From the NCBI GenBank assembly GCA_000004985.1, contig GG738851.1: DNA of 64,000 nucleotides. One strand, 5' to 3'. Positions within the stretch are counted from its first letter, which is position 1. Every line of letters starts with the position of its first letter. The DNA comes from Naegleria gruberi (lineage: Eukaryota). This document shows positions 1 through 10,135 of the stretch, in pieces. The notes under the pieces are model-generated. The model was not told the DNA's origin. It saw only the letters and a program-made list of their open reading frames with translations, and did no database searches. The position numbers were made by a program, and so were the translations under genes.

Positions 1-19
1 ATTTCAAAAGACCCATATC

Positions 20-760
20 ACCAACATATTTCGCTCCTTCATTACCAATATTGTTGGTCCGAATATTGAGGAATAATAACTGTTTAGTTCACTAATGTAT
101 TTTGCACCTTTAGAACTATCATTGTATTATTGATTAAGATTAGTTAATTACTTTTTTTCACAGATAAGTTCCTTCGTCACCAATCCTATTTGAACAAATA
201 TTAAGCTCAGTTACTTGTTTCAATATACTAATATATTTAGCTCCTTACTTGCAAAGATTATTAAAACTAATATTAAGGTTAGTTAATTGCTTCATTTCAG
301 TGAGATAGTTAGCTCTGTCTTTATTAATATGATTTCAGCTAATATCGAGATTAATCAATTGTTTCAGGTTAGTAAGAAGCTCAACTCCGTCATCAATACT
401 ATATCCACAAATAAAAAGTTCAGTCAATTGATTCATGCTGCTGATAGATTTAGCTCCTATACAACCATCAGGATTACAAGCAATATATTAAGACGCGGTA
501 AAGATTTCATTTCGCTGCTGAAATATTAAAGTCCTTCAGCACCTATATAGTTATTATCAAGTATAGTTAAACGGATCAATTTGCTTATAAATTGAGCTCC
601 TTCATTAACGATATCATTGAATCCAATATCAAGACTAATCTATTTATCCATTTTGATTACCAATTTAGCTCCTTTTGCTCCAATCGTATTTCCAATAGAA
701 AGTTGCATATTTGTGAAATGAAACATCGTAAAGAAACTAATGCACAATCCATTATCAATA
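20..760 (-). pseudogene. Decayed LRR-repeat gene copy (MKQLTxLNI / IGxEGAxxIS repeat family)
   Basis: The reverse-complement translation gives a recognisable series of approx 24-aa LRR units (e.g. LTNLKQLINLDIS, NEGAQFISKLIRLTILDNNYIGAEGL, LTEMKQLTNLNI) from the same family as the genes at 948, 6982 and 8532. They are interrupted by several stops and frameshifts, and there is no long ORF. Confidence 0.55.
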
Positions 761-947
761 AATTTAACATTATCCTAATGAAAAATTAAAATTTCATAAA
801 GGATATCATCGGGTAGGAAATTGTTAAATTCTGAAATGCAAGTTGAAAAATTATTTGATGATTTTTCAAGGGTTTCGTCCAGTGATTTTTACAAGAGTTT
901 TGGTCAACCGAGTTTGTTCAGCAATACGAAAATAATAATTAAAAAAA

Positions 948-2504
948 ATGGTAAATTCTGCAAGGGAGCATCAAGAAGGTTTATTTTCCAACGACGTTTG
1001 TTTTGAAATATTGTCATTTCTTGATGGTTGGACTATTATTCGAAACTGCGCTTTAATTTCTAAACAGTGGTTTGAAATTATTAGAAATTATTCGAAACTT
1101 GATCTTGAGGTAATGAGTAAACTTTCCACGGAAAGAATCACCATGTTATCCGAAAGTCAATTCTTGAATAGAATTATTGGCTTCAAAGTTGGAAAGTATG
1201 CAGCTTCCGAATTTGTATTATTCGAAAGCTCAAACCTTGAACAATTATGGGAAACTATTGGTTCAATGTCTCAATTGACTAAACTTGATGTTGGCAAGAC
1301 TGGATTACATACTTTTCCCATTTCAATTTTACCTAATTTGGAAAATTTAACAGAATTAAACTTGACATTTTTGGAAATATTTGACCAAGGAGCAAAAATA
1401 ATAAGTCAACGATTGAAATTCATAACCAAACTCAGCGTCGATTATTGTGGAATTGGAATTGAAGGAGTACAAGCAATTGGAAATATGAAACAATTGACTT
1501 TTTTGAATATTAGTGAAAATGAAATGAGAAATGAAGAGATTGAATTGATTGGAACACTTGATCAACTCAAATATTTGAGTATTCGAAATATTACACGTGA
1601 GAATAACAGTGTTGATGATTATCTAGATTTTAATTCTCTGAAAAATCTGAAATTGTTGACCTACCTCAATATTGGTGAAAATAGAATTTCAGATGAGATT
1701 GGTTTACAATTTTTGAGAGAAATGAAACAATTGACTCATCTCAATGTTGCAAACATGGAAATTGGAAGTATTGGGGCTAAAATAATCAGTGAAATGACAC
1801 ATTTAGTTAAACTAAATATTGGACGAAATGATATTGGAAGAACTGGAATTGATTATATAGGTGAAATGAAACAATTGACCTCATTGAATGTTCAAAACTG
1901 CAATTTAATGGAATGTAAATTTTTATGTGGAATGAAACAATTACAATATTTGAATATTAGCGAAAATACAATTAGAAATGAAGGAGTGGATTTAATTTGT
2001 AAAGAACTATCTCAATTGAAATTTCTGAACATTTCTGAAATATTGTCAAGACCCTATCAATTTAGAAATGTACTCCCCATAAAATTGGAGAATTTACCTC
2101 GCCTTAATCAATTAACTGAGCTCGATCTTAGTAGTGATCGAGTGAATGAAGAAAGTTTGATTTTTCTTCTTGAATTGAAATGTTTAACCTCACTGAATGT
2201 CAGAAGAAATAGCATTACTTGTAATTGTGCTAAAATCATTAGTGGAATGAGCCAATTAACCAAACTGAATATCAGTGAGACACAAGTTGATGAATTGGTG
2301 ATGGAATATATTTGTGGAATGAAAGAGTTGCGAGTGTTGTATATGCAAAAGAATTATTTAGAAAATGATTCAGAGGTTGTTGACTTGATTGAGAAAATGG
2401 AAAGTTTGACTGAACTTGATATTAGTGATTGTTATATCAGTATTGAAAATGAAACCAAATTAAGAGAAATTAAGAAATTAAGGAAGCTTGTATTATTTGC
2501 TTAA
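948..2504 (+). CDS. F-box-like / leucine-rich-repeat protein (518 aa)
   Basis: ATG ORF. The N-terminus carries the motif SNDVCFEILSFLDG..NCALISKQWF, shared with the paralogs at 6982 and 8532. The body is about 20 LRR units with recurring MKQLTxLNI(S/G)xNxI. Confidence 0.85.
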   Translation: MVNSAREHQEGLFSNDVCFEILSFLDGWTIIRNCALISKQWFEIIRNYSKLDLEVMSKLSTERITMLSESQFLNRIIGFKVGKYAASEFVLFESSNLEQLWETIGSMSQLTKLDVGKTGLHTFPISILPNLENLTELNLTFLEIFDQGAKIISQRLKFITKLSVDYCGIGIEGVQAIGNMKQLTFLNISENEMRNEEIELIGTLDQLKYLSIRNITRENNSVDDYLDFNSLKNLKLLTYLNIGENRISDEIGLQFLREMKQLTHLNVANMEIGSIGAKIISEMTHLVKLNIGRNDIGRTGIDYIGEMKQLTSLNVQNCNLMECKFLCGMKQLQYLNISENTIRNEGVDLICKELSQLKFLNISEILSRPYQFRNVLPIKLENLPRLNQLTELDLSSDRVNEESLIFLLELKCLTSLNVRRNSITCNCAKIISGMSQLTKLNISETQVDELVMEYICGMKELRVLYMQKNYLENDSEVVDLIEKMESLTELDISDCYISIENETKLREIKKLRKLVLFA

Positions 2505-2606
2505 CATGAAATAACACTCAATTTCAAAATATTTCTCAACAGCTTAGATTATTAAACTATCTGGATTAGATTTATAATCTTATTCTAAACAACACAAACA
2601 ACACAA

Positions 2607-2677
2607 GGGGCGGTGGTGTAATGGTAACATCGCAGCCTCCAAAGCTGTGGCCGGGGGTTCGATTCCCCCTCGCCCCC
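2607..2677 (+). tRNA. tRNA-Trp: tRNA-Trp (anticodon CCA)
   Basis: The 71-nt sequence folds as a cloverleaf. Acceptor GGGGCGG/TCGCCCC, D-loop GTAATGGTAA, anticodon stem GCAGC/GCTGT with loop CTCCAAA, T-arm GGGGG-TTCGATT-CCCCC. Confidence 0.9.
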
Positions 2678-2924
2678 TGTCATTTTATTTTCCCAAATTA
2701 AGTAAACAAGATTTGATAATACAGGTTAAAGAGTAAAAAATTGGATGCTGTCAATGCGTAACAAGATCTTATTTAAGAAATTTTTAATTACAAGCCAGCT
2801 CGTTGTAAACATTTATTTGACTATTCAAAATTTGCCAAATTAGTATGTATGACATTTTTAAATCAGGTTGACTTTATTGGAAAAATGCTAATGCCTCTAA
2901 TACTGAAAGGTTTGTTAAACAAAA

Positions 2925-4403
2925 ATGCAGAATGACACATCCTCATCTATTCCATCAGTACTTACCAATGTTTTTCGGATTGACCCTCTCATTGTTTCAT
3001 ACATTGAAATTTCTTTGGCAATCGCTGCACTTTTCCTCTCGTTGTCACTTGTCGTGTATATCATCTACTTTTATCTCAAAAAACATCACACAATCACAAA
3101 GAACCACAAGAGAATGATTATTGGAGTGCTCATCATGTGTATTATGGAGTGTTTCGTCTTGATTTTCAGAATTATTTACGATAGTTTGAGTATTTCCTTT
3201 GGATTGAGATTTCAGAAATATGCTTCCACACTTGCATTGAAAAATTCCACAACTCTGGAGGGATTTGATACCTTCTTGTGGTATAACAATACTCTGGGAA
3301 TTACTCCATATGATGTGGGAATAAGTATGGAAGAAATTGTTATTTTCATAATTTCTGTAGCAGCCGAATTATTCATTGTTCTTATGGATATTCAAGTGAT
3401 GGTCATTATTGTTTGGTTTGTTACACTGGTCTTTGTGGAAACGTTTAGATTGTCGAGTGGATTGTTAAATTCAAGAAAAGTGCACTATTTTGTAAATATT
3501 GTCACAATTTTCACAATTATCAACTCGATTGGATTGTTGGTCATTAATTTAGTGACGACAATTCTGACCATTGTACAGAGATTGGGATATATCAGTGCCG
3601 AATCCATTACATATGTCTATGGATTGTGTCTATTACTGTTCCTAATTGAAATTCTCTCCCAAATAACCTTATTAATTGTAAGTAATTCAACAATATGACC
3701 TAGTTCAATATTGTGTTAAATCCGAATCAACAATTCCAATATTGTATTAAATCCGAATCAGATTGCTGCAACAATTGTTCTCCAAACAATTTCCAAAATC
3801 TCCATAGAAAATCAAAACAAGAGAAGAACCATCATTAAAATTCTCATATTACAAAGTGGATTATTTGGTTGTTTCCTATTCGAAGCTTTTGCAGCAGCCT
3901 CTGGAGTACTCGCCCAAGGAGTTGAAGCACATTTTGCTTTAGGCTACTCAACTGGTAATTCTCTTGGAATCTTGATATTTGCCTGCACTGCTCTGACTTT
4001 GTATACTCCTTTCCGAGCCCTGAATACAAAGGCCAATAGTGAAGATCATCAAGTGAATGATTCACTTCATAGTAGGTTAAAGTCATCATCATCAAATAAT
4101 AATTCCATGATGATGATGGAAAAGAAACAATATAGTTCGCTGAGTAATGGAACAACAACTACAACACCTACATCTTTAGTGAGAGTAGGAGAAATACCTC
4201 CTCGTTTGATGATGATAGAATTGGAGGAGGCTGGTATGAGCAATGATTGTTGTATTCAAAGCAGCTCCGGAAATGATGAAAACATGTTGATGGAAAAGGT
4301 TATTGTTGTTGATGAAAAGACAAAACAACAACAACTACCACAATCAACATTAGTAATTACTACCATTCCATGCAACGAACTAGAGAGCATGATCTTGAAA
4401 TAA
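2925..4403 (+). CDS. Multi-pass (approx 8-9 TM) membrane protein with a Ser/Asn-rich C-terminal tail; 2 exons (2925..3677, 3762..4403)
   Basis: ORF 2925..3698 ends at a canonical GTAAGT donor (3678), and AG at 3760-3761 restores the frame into ORF 3972..4403 with no stops in between (..ITLLI|IAATIVLQTIS..). The intron is 84 nt and contains an imperfect 24-nt direct repeat (3706-3729 / 3737-3760). The function is unknown. Confidence 0.65.
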
Positions 4404-4732
4404 TGTAATAATCTTTTTGTATCTCCATTTTGGGAGCATCCGAGAGAACAAATAGAAAAGAAATTACATTTACTCCCAGTTTGCTTTATTTTTTTAATTT
4501 TTTTTTGTTTTTTAAAAAAATTGTAAAAATTATCTTTTCTAATTTCAAATATTTTTATCGGTATTTCGGATTGAACAGTTTCAGATTCGTTCTGAAGAAT
4601 TTATGTGTTAATCTTTTGCTTGCTTCAATTGCAACGGGTATTGTAAGATTAGATCATCACCCAAACATCATGTGGGTGATGTGATGAAATATCATCTTTC
4701 GAATAAAAATTATCGTTCGAAATTAAAAAAAA

Positions 4733-5608
4733 ATGCAAATCCAACAACGACACATTGTTGCTGCTGCAGTTACCATCTTTCTCTTGGTGATTGTCTTTTC
4801 TCTAATGCCAAAAGCCACCGATGACAACTCCAAATACAACAATCATCATCAACAACAACCACAAATCTTGAATGCCAAACAATGTCCTCCATGTCCAACA
4901 ACAGCTGTTCAACAACAACAACAACAGACTTTCAAATCAGGTTCTTGTCCACCTGTTCAAGAATGTAAATGTTACTCTCTGACAGATGCCCCACCAACAG
5001 AACATGGTGATGGACAAGTTACAATGGCCACAACATTTGGTAAAGCACTTAACAAACTTGCTAAACAAGATGATGTGAATACAGTATTGGAAATTGGTAC
5101 TTGGTTTGGTGGTGGTTCTACTCAATGTATTGCCAAGGGATTGAAGGAATCAGGCTCTCATAAAAGATTATACACATTGGAATTATACGAACCTGCTTGG
5201 CAATATGCTAGAAAGACCTATTCACACATGCCAATTTACTTTATTTTGGGAGGAACAGTGCCAACTGATAAATATTTGGCACCAGATGAAATTCCACACA
5301 AGGACGATCACTTTAAATTATATTATCAGAGAGATATTGAATTATCAAAGAAGAATATTCCATGGTTGATGCCATTGTGTTTAGCAACTAGATTTGATGC
5401 TGTTTTGATTGATGGTAATGAATATACTGGTTGGGCTGAATATGAAATTGTTAATGATCATTGTAAACCAAAATATTTAATGTTGCATGATGTTGGTACT
5501 TTAAAGACAAATAAGATTGAAAAGGTTATTAAACAAGGTGGAACTGTTTGGGAATTGATAGATGAAGGTCAAGATGCTGCCAGATGGCAAATTTATAAGA
5601 GAAAATAA
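4733..5608 (+). CDS. Type II membrane protein with a class I SAM-methyltransferase-like motif (VLEIGTWFGGGSTQCIAKGL); poly-Q tracts; 291 aa
   Basis: ATG ORF with an N-terminal signal-anchor (VAAAVTIFLLVIVFSL) and a Gln-rich, Cys-containing linker. The motif hhEhGtxxGxST resembles motif I of TylF-type O-methyltransferases. The assignment rests on the motif only. Confidence 0.45.
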   Translation: MQIQQRHIVAAAVTIFLLVIVFSLMPKATDDNSKYNNHHQQQPQILNAKQCPPCPTTAVQQQQQQTFKSGSCPPVQECKCYSLTDAPPTEHGDGQVTMATTFGKALNKLAKQDDVNTVLEIGTWFGGGSTQCIAKGLKESGSHKRLYTLELYEPAWQYARKTYSHMPIYFILGGTVPTDKYLAPDEIPHKDDHFKLYYQRDIELSKKNIPWLMPLCLATRFDAVLIDGNEYTGWAEYEIVNDHCKPKYLMLHDVGTLKTNKIEKVIKQGGTVWELIDEGQDAARWQIYKRK

Positions 5609-5806
5609 TTGATAAAATTATTATGAAATAAATCCAAGAATAATATTAATTATTGACAATGTCTTCTATTAACAATTTTAGGTAATTTTAATTGTGATGT
5701 AGCTGCTTGGATTTCATGGCTAAAATCTGTGAAATAGAAATGTTTCCTTTGTTTAGAGGCAGTTATTTATTTTTTATAGGGACGTCATTTTCAATATGAA
5801 CAAGAA

Positions 5807-5879
5807 GCCCGTCTAGCTCAGTCGGTAGAGCGCAAGGCTCTTAACCTTGTGGTCGTGGGTTCGACCCCCACGGTGGGCG
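5807..5879 (+). tRNA. tRNA-Lys: tRNA-Lys (anticodon CTT)
   Basis: GCCCGTCTAGCTCAGTCGGTAGAGCGCAAGGCTCTTAACCTTGTGGTCGTGGGTTCGACCCCCACGGTGGGCG, 73 nt. The anticodon loop is CTCTTAA and the B-box is GGTTCGACCCC. Confidence 0.9.
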
Positions 5880-5999
5880 TTTCCTTTTGGTTTAATTTTT
5901 TTTTGCTCTATTTTGCAGAGTGATTTTGAATTAATTGAGACAAGGTCCTCAAATCCTGAAAATAAGGTATCTACATAGCTAGAAAAAGCAAGGCTTCTG

Positions 6000-6480
6000 C
6001 TCCGAATACATCAACAAGCTTTTTTCCACTTTAAATGCAACACTCCAAAACGATACAAGTGATGAAGCCCTTGGTCTTCGTACACAACATGATCCAGAAG
6101 CTAGTACATCATTAACACCAGAAGAAGATGAGGATGAACTTGAGGGGGATGAGGAAAACTCTCCAATATCACAACCAACACCTTGGACAAGACCTAGGCA
6201 TCCAAACTATGGAATGAAAACAGTTTCATCTAATAATCCAAATGAAAAACGAAAAAGAAAGCAAAGGTGGCTTCAAGAAATTCGAAAATATCAAAAATCA
6301 ACTTGGAATCTCATTAATCTAACAAGTTACTGCTGAATTATCTGAGAAAGTTCCATACATTAGACAGCATGTTGGTGAAGGTGCAATTCGATGGAGAAAG
6401 GATGCTCTTGCTGCTCTCCAGCAGCAGAAGATTATTTACATGAAGTTTTATCACTCGTGTTGGTTGTTCTTCTTTATTGA
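6000..6480 (+). pseudogene. Histone H3 / CenH3-like remnant (acidic N-tail, alphaN, alpha1, part of alpha2), frameshifted and truncated
   Basis: Frame 1 reads ..EEDEDELEGDEENSP..KRKRKQRWLQEIRKYQKSTWNLINLT (compare H3 [21 protein letters not shown] and CENP-A GWLKEIRKLQKST). After a +1 shift the next frame reads AELSEKVPYIRQHVGEGAIRWRKDALAALQQ (compare DFNWQAQALLALQEA). The next frame reads AAEDYLHEV and then loses the histone fold. There is no intact ORF. Confidence 0.4.
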
Positions 6481-6981
6481 CCACCCGAGTATCTTGTTCA
6501 TTAATAATTTCAATAACTTCTTGTGGGTGAACATTTGGAGAAGTGTTTTCTCTATTGTTGGATGGGGTATTTCTAAGACAAGTAGTTTCGTCTAGATCCA
6601 ATAACTCCATTTCGTATCCTCGGCCTGACTGCAATATTTTCTTGGTTAATAGTAGATCTATTTGTAGGTTGTTCAAGATTTTCATTTCTTCTATTCTCAG
6701 TGCTAATTTTGTTCAAGATTCCCATTTACAACATTATAATTCCATACAATCGGATTTGGAATCTTTAATAACCAGTTGACCTCATTAAACAATATCCAAT
6801 ATATGATTCCAATCAATTCAATTGCACTTCTTTTAAAATAAAACATGTATTATTATTTTAGAACATGACGGAACTTCAATTATTGTACAACATGTTTAAT
6901 GTAAAGTGGCATGGTATTGTTGCTTGTGATATTAATCAGAAAAAACTGCCAATATTTCAGCTATCATCAATTATCATCATT

Positions 6982-8326
6982 ATGATGGAGGTAAAACAAG
7001 AAGGTTGGTATTTTCGAATCGATATTTTCAAAATAATAATAATAATTAATGAATTGAATTGTTAATTAATAGAGAAGGTTATATTTTCGGATGATGTTTG
7101 TTTTGAAATTATTTCCATGATTGATGATTCGTGGTTTATTTTGAATAATTGTTCTTTAATTTCAAAACAATGGTTTAATGTGATCAAGGAACGTTCAAAA
7201 CTTGTTATTCAATTTAAAAAACAATTAACAGAAAAAAGAATTGAATTGTTAATGAAAAGTCAATTCATGAATAGTATTGTAAATGTTAAGTTTTATTATG
7301 GGTTGCTTAACTCTTCAGATAAACTTAAATTCATAAGTGGAATGAAATCATTAACATCACTTAATATTGGTCATAATGAAATTGGTGTAGAAGGAGCCAA
7401 ATTCATAAGTGAAATGAAACATGTAACATCACTTTATATACATTACAATGAAATTGGTGTAGAAGGATCCAAATTTATAAGTGAAATGAAACAATTAACA
7501 TCACTTAATATTGCTGACAATGAAATTGGCGTAGAAGGATCCAAATTCATAAGTGAAATGAAACAATTAACATCACTTAATATTGATTACAATGAAATTG
7601 GTGTAGAAGGAGCCAAATTCATAAGTGAAATGAAACAATTAACATCACTTAATATTGCTCGACAATGAAATTGGCGTAGAAGGATCCAAATTCATAAGTG
7701 AAATGAAACAATTAACATCACTTAATATTGGTGGCAATGAAATTGGTGTAGAAGGAGCCAAATACATGAGTGAAATGAAACATTTAACATCACTTGATAT
7801 ACATCGCAATGAAATTGGTGTAGAAGGATCCAAATTCATAAGTGAAATGAAACATTTAACATCACTTAATATATATTACAATGAAATTGGTGTAGAAGGA
7901 TCCAAATACATAAGTGAAATGAAACATTTAACATCACTTAATATTGGTGATAATGAAATTGGTGTAGAAGGATCCAAATACATAAGTGAAATGAAACAAT
8001 TAACATCACTTAATATTGCTGACAATGAAATTGGCGTAGAAGGATCCAAATTCATAAGTGAAATGAAACATTTAACATCACTTTATATATATTACAATGA
8101 AATTGGTGTAGAAGGAGCCAAATTCATAAGTGAAATGAAACATTTAACATCACTTAATATTTCTGGCAATCAAATTGGTGATGAGGGATCCAAATTCATA
8201 AGTGAAATGAAATCATTAACATCACTTAATATTGGTGATAATGAAATTGGTGTAGAAGGAGCCAAATTCATAAGTGGAATGAAACAATTAACATCACTTA
8301 ATATTGATGACAATGAATTGGTGTAG
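6982..8326 (+). CDS. F-box-like / LRR protein carrying about 13 near-identical 72-bp (24-aa) tandem repeats; contains a 1-nt frameshift (possible pseudogene or assembly error)
   Basis: ORFs 7117..7668 and 7655..8326 are the same repeat array split by one extra C (gctCgacaatg near 7660 versus gctgacaatg in the other units). The N-terminal motif DDVCFEIISMIDDSWFILNNCSLISKQWF lies upstream of the first ATG with no in-frame ATG before it. A mini-exon ATGATGGAG (6982..6990) plus an 81-nt GTAAAA..AATAG intron (6991..7071) would supply the start; that is inference. The repeat unit is NEIGVEGSKFISEMKQLTSLNIxx. Confidence 0.6.
7375..8320 (+). repeat. Tandem array of about 13 copies of a 72-bp coding repeat (over 90 percent identical)
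   Basis: aatgaaattggtgtagaaggatccaaattcataagtgaaatgaaacaattaacatcacttaatatt recurs with a period of 72 nt (7381, 7453, 7525 ...). Confidence 0.9.
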
Positions 8327-8392
8327 AATAAAACGTGAAACTTTATTAATGTCTCTTATATCAATAACAGCCTTGATGACATTTGGTAGGTC

Positions 8393-8432
8393 TCATATCT
8401 TAAGGTCGTGAGTTCGACCCCCATGGTGGGCG
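8393..8432 (+). pseudogene. Orphan tRNA 3'-half fragment, derived from tRNA-Lys(CTT)
   Basis: tcttaaggtcgtgagttcgacccccatggtgggcg matches the 3' half of the tRNA-Lys at 5807 (T-arm plus acceptor 3' strand) with 2 substitutions. No matching 5' half or acceptor strand lies upstream. Confidence 0.5.
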
Positions 8433-8531
8433 ATTCAATTTTTGTTGATCACAATTATCGTAGTGGTTGCTGATGATGAACTTTGTCCTATTATTAGGTT
8501 CACTAAGTCTTTCTAATTATTTAAAAAAAAA

Positions 8532-9884
8532 ATGATGATCAATTACGAATCAGTCTCCAATTCCATCAATTCCTCCCATTCCACAATATTCTCTGATGAT
8601 ATTTGTTATGAAATTCTATCCTATTTCCATGAGGAAAATGATGGAAAATTTATTCTACTAAATTGTTCGTTAATTTCCAAACAGTGGATGATGAATGTGA
8701 AGAAATTCGGAAAGATTTCAATTAATATTCGAAATAGAGTTTCGGATTCATTGATAGAACCAATCAAGAGAAATCAATTTTTGGAATGTTTTGTGAAATT
8801 TGGAATTTATTCGCAAGATTTCAAGTTTCATGAAATAATTAAAATGATGAAGAATTTAAAAAGTCTTTCTATTGGAAATTGTTCTATTGGAGAGGAGGAT
8901 TTGAAATTTATCGGAGAAATGAATCATTTAACTGAACTTGAATTGTGTGAATGTTTGACTGGAGATAAAGATATTAGACCAATTAGTAGAATGTCTCAAT
9001 TGACTAAATTAAATATTAGTAAGAATGCAAAATACCATTTAAGCGATATCTTTGACATGAAGCAATTAAAAATACTAGAAATTGGAGAAAATTTCATAGG
9101 AGATGAACAAGCTGAACTGCTTTCCAATCATTTGAAACAATTGACCATTTTACGAATTAATAACAACTTAATTCATTCTCAAGGTGTTAAACATTTGAGT
9201 AAATTGGATCAATTGACTGAATTAGATTTAAGTGGAAATGCTTTTAATGATACAATTGGCTCTGAAATTGCAAAAATGGAACAATTGAAAACTCTTCACG
9301 TTAACAAACTTGCAAGACATCGAATGGGATCACGGTTGGGTTCACAATTTGGAAACTTATTTCAATTGACCAGTCTTAGTATAAGTAATAATTATATTGG
9401 AGATGAAGGAGCCAACGAAATTAGTAATTTAACACAATTGACTGAATTATATGTACATGGAGCTGAAATTGGATATAGAGGAGCCAGATCATTAAGTGTT
9501 TTACACCAGTTGACCAAACTAGATATCAGTACAAATCATATTGGAGATGAGGGAGTTAGATTATTCAAACAATTATCAAAATTAACAGAACTTGTTGTGT
9601 TTAATAATAGAATTGGAGATGTTGGAGCACAACTTATTAGTGAAATTCCTCAATTGACCTCTCTTGTTGTTAGTAGCAATCAAATTGGAAACGAAGGGGC
9701 AAAATCAATTAGTCAAATGTCAAAATTGAAATATCTTTCGATTAATGGAAATCAAATTGGTGATCAAGGAGCTAAATTATTAAGTGAAATGAATCAATTA
9801 AGAAGAATTGAAGTTTATGGAAATAATATTAGTAATGAGATATTTCAATTATTTGGAATTAAAATTCAAAATAAATTGAAATAA
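8532..9884 (+). CDS. F-box-like / leucine-rich-repeat protein (450 aa)
   Basis: ATG ORF. The N-terminus reads SDDICYEILSYF..LLNCSLISKQW, and LRR units (LTxLxISxNxIGDEGA) fill the rest. Confidence 0.85.
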   Translation: MMINYESVSNSINSSHSTIFSDDICYEILSYFHEENDGKFILLNCSLISKQWMMNVKKFGKISINIRNRVSDSLIEPIKRNQFLECFVKFGIYSQDFKFHEIIKMMKNLKSLSIGNCSIGEEDLKFIGEMNHLTELELCECLTGDKDIRPISRMSQLTKLNISKNAKYHLSDIFDMKQLKILEIGENFIGDEQAELLSNHLKQLTILRINNNLIHSQGVKHLSKLDQLTELDLSGNAFNDTIGSEIAKMEQLKTLHVNKLARHRMGSRLGSQFGNLFQLTSLSISNNYIGDEGANEISNLTQLTELYVHGAEIGYRGARSLSVLHQLTKLDISTNHIGDEGVRLFKQLSKLTELVVFNNRIGDVGAQLISEIPQLTSLVVSSNQIGNEGAKSISQMSKLKYLSINGNQIGDQGAKLLSEMNQLRRIEVYGNNISNEIFQLFGIKIQNKLK

Positions 9885-9954
9885 AGGAAGTGATTACAAT
9901 AAACAAAAGTGGAATATTATATCCAAATGATTAAGGATGTTAAGGTAAAATGAA

Positions 9955-10027
9955 GCTGGCGTAGCTCAGTCGGTAGAGCGTTGGTCTAATAAGCCATTGG
10001 TCGCCGGTTCGATCCCGTCCGTCAGCA
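9955..10027 (+). tRNA. tRNA-Ile: tRNA-Ile (anticodon AAT)
   Basis: GCTGGCGTAGCTCAGTCGGTAGAGCG..CTAATAA..GGTTCGATCC..CGTCAGCA. The acceptor pairs at 7/7, and the anticodon loop CTAATAA is typical of eukaryotic tRNA-Ile(AAU). The T stem has one mismatch. Confidence 0.75.
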
Positions 10028-10135
10028 GCTGTTTTATTGCCATGTTTTGGAGAGTGTAATTTGATCATTCACAGAAATCCGCATCAGAAAGCAAACCATG
10101 AGAGATTCACTCATCGATAAAACAAGATCCAAATT

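Noticed and set aside
5880-5960. Possible degenerate extra B-box downstream of tRNA-Lys (aggtcctcaaatcctg)
   Set aside because: Only about 9 of 11 positions match GGTTCGANTCC and they are interrupted, which is too weak to call.
6338-6685. 115-aa minus-strand ORF
   Set aside because: It overlaps the H3-like remnant antisense and has no ATG-proximal features or known motifs. The sense-strand histone similarity explains the region better.
7375-8320. CRISPR-like regular repeat array
   Set aside because: The repeats are 72 nt with no spacers, are in-frame coding (LRR units) and sit in a eukaryotic intron-containing genome. They are not a CRISPR array.
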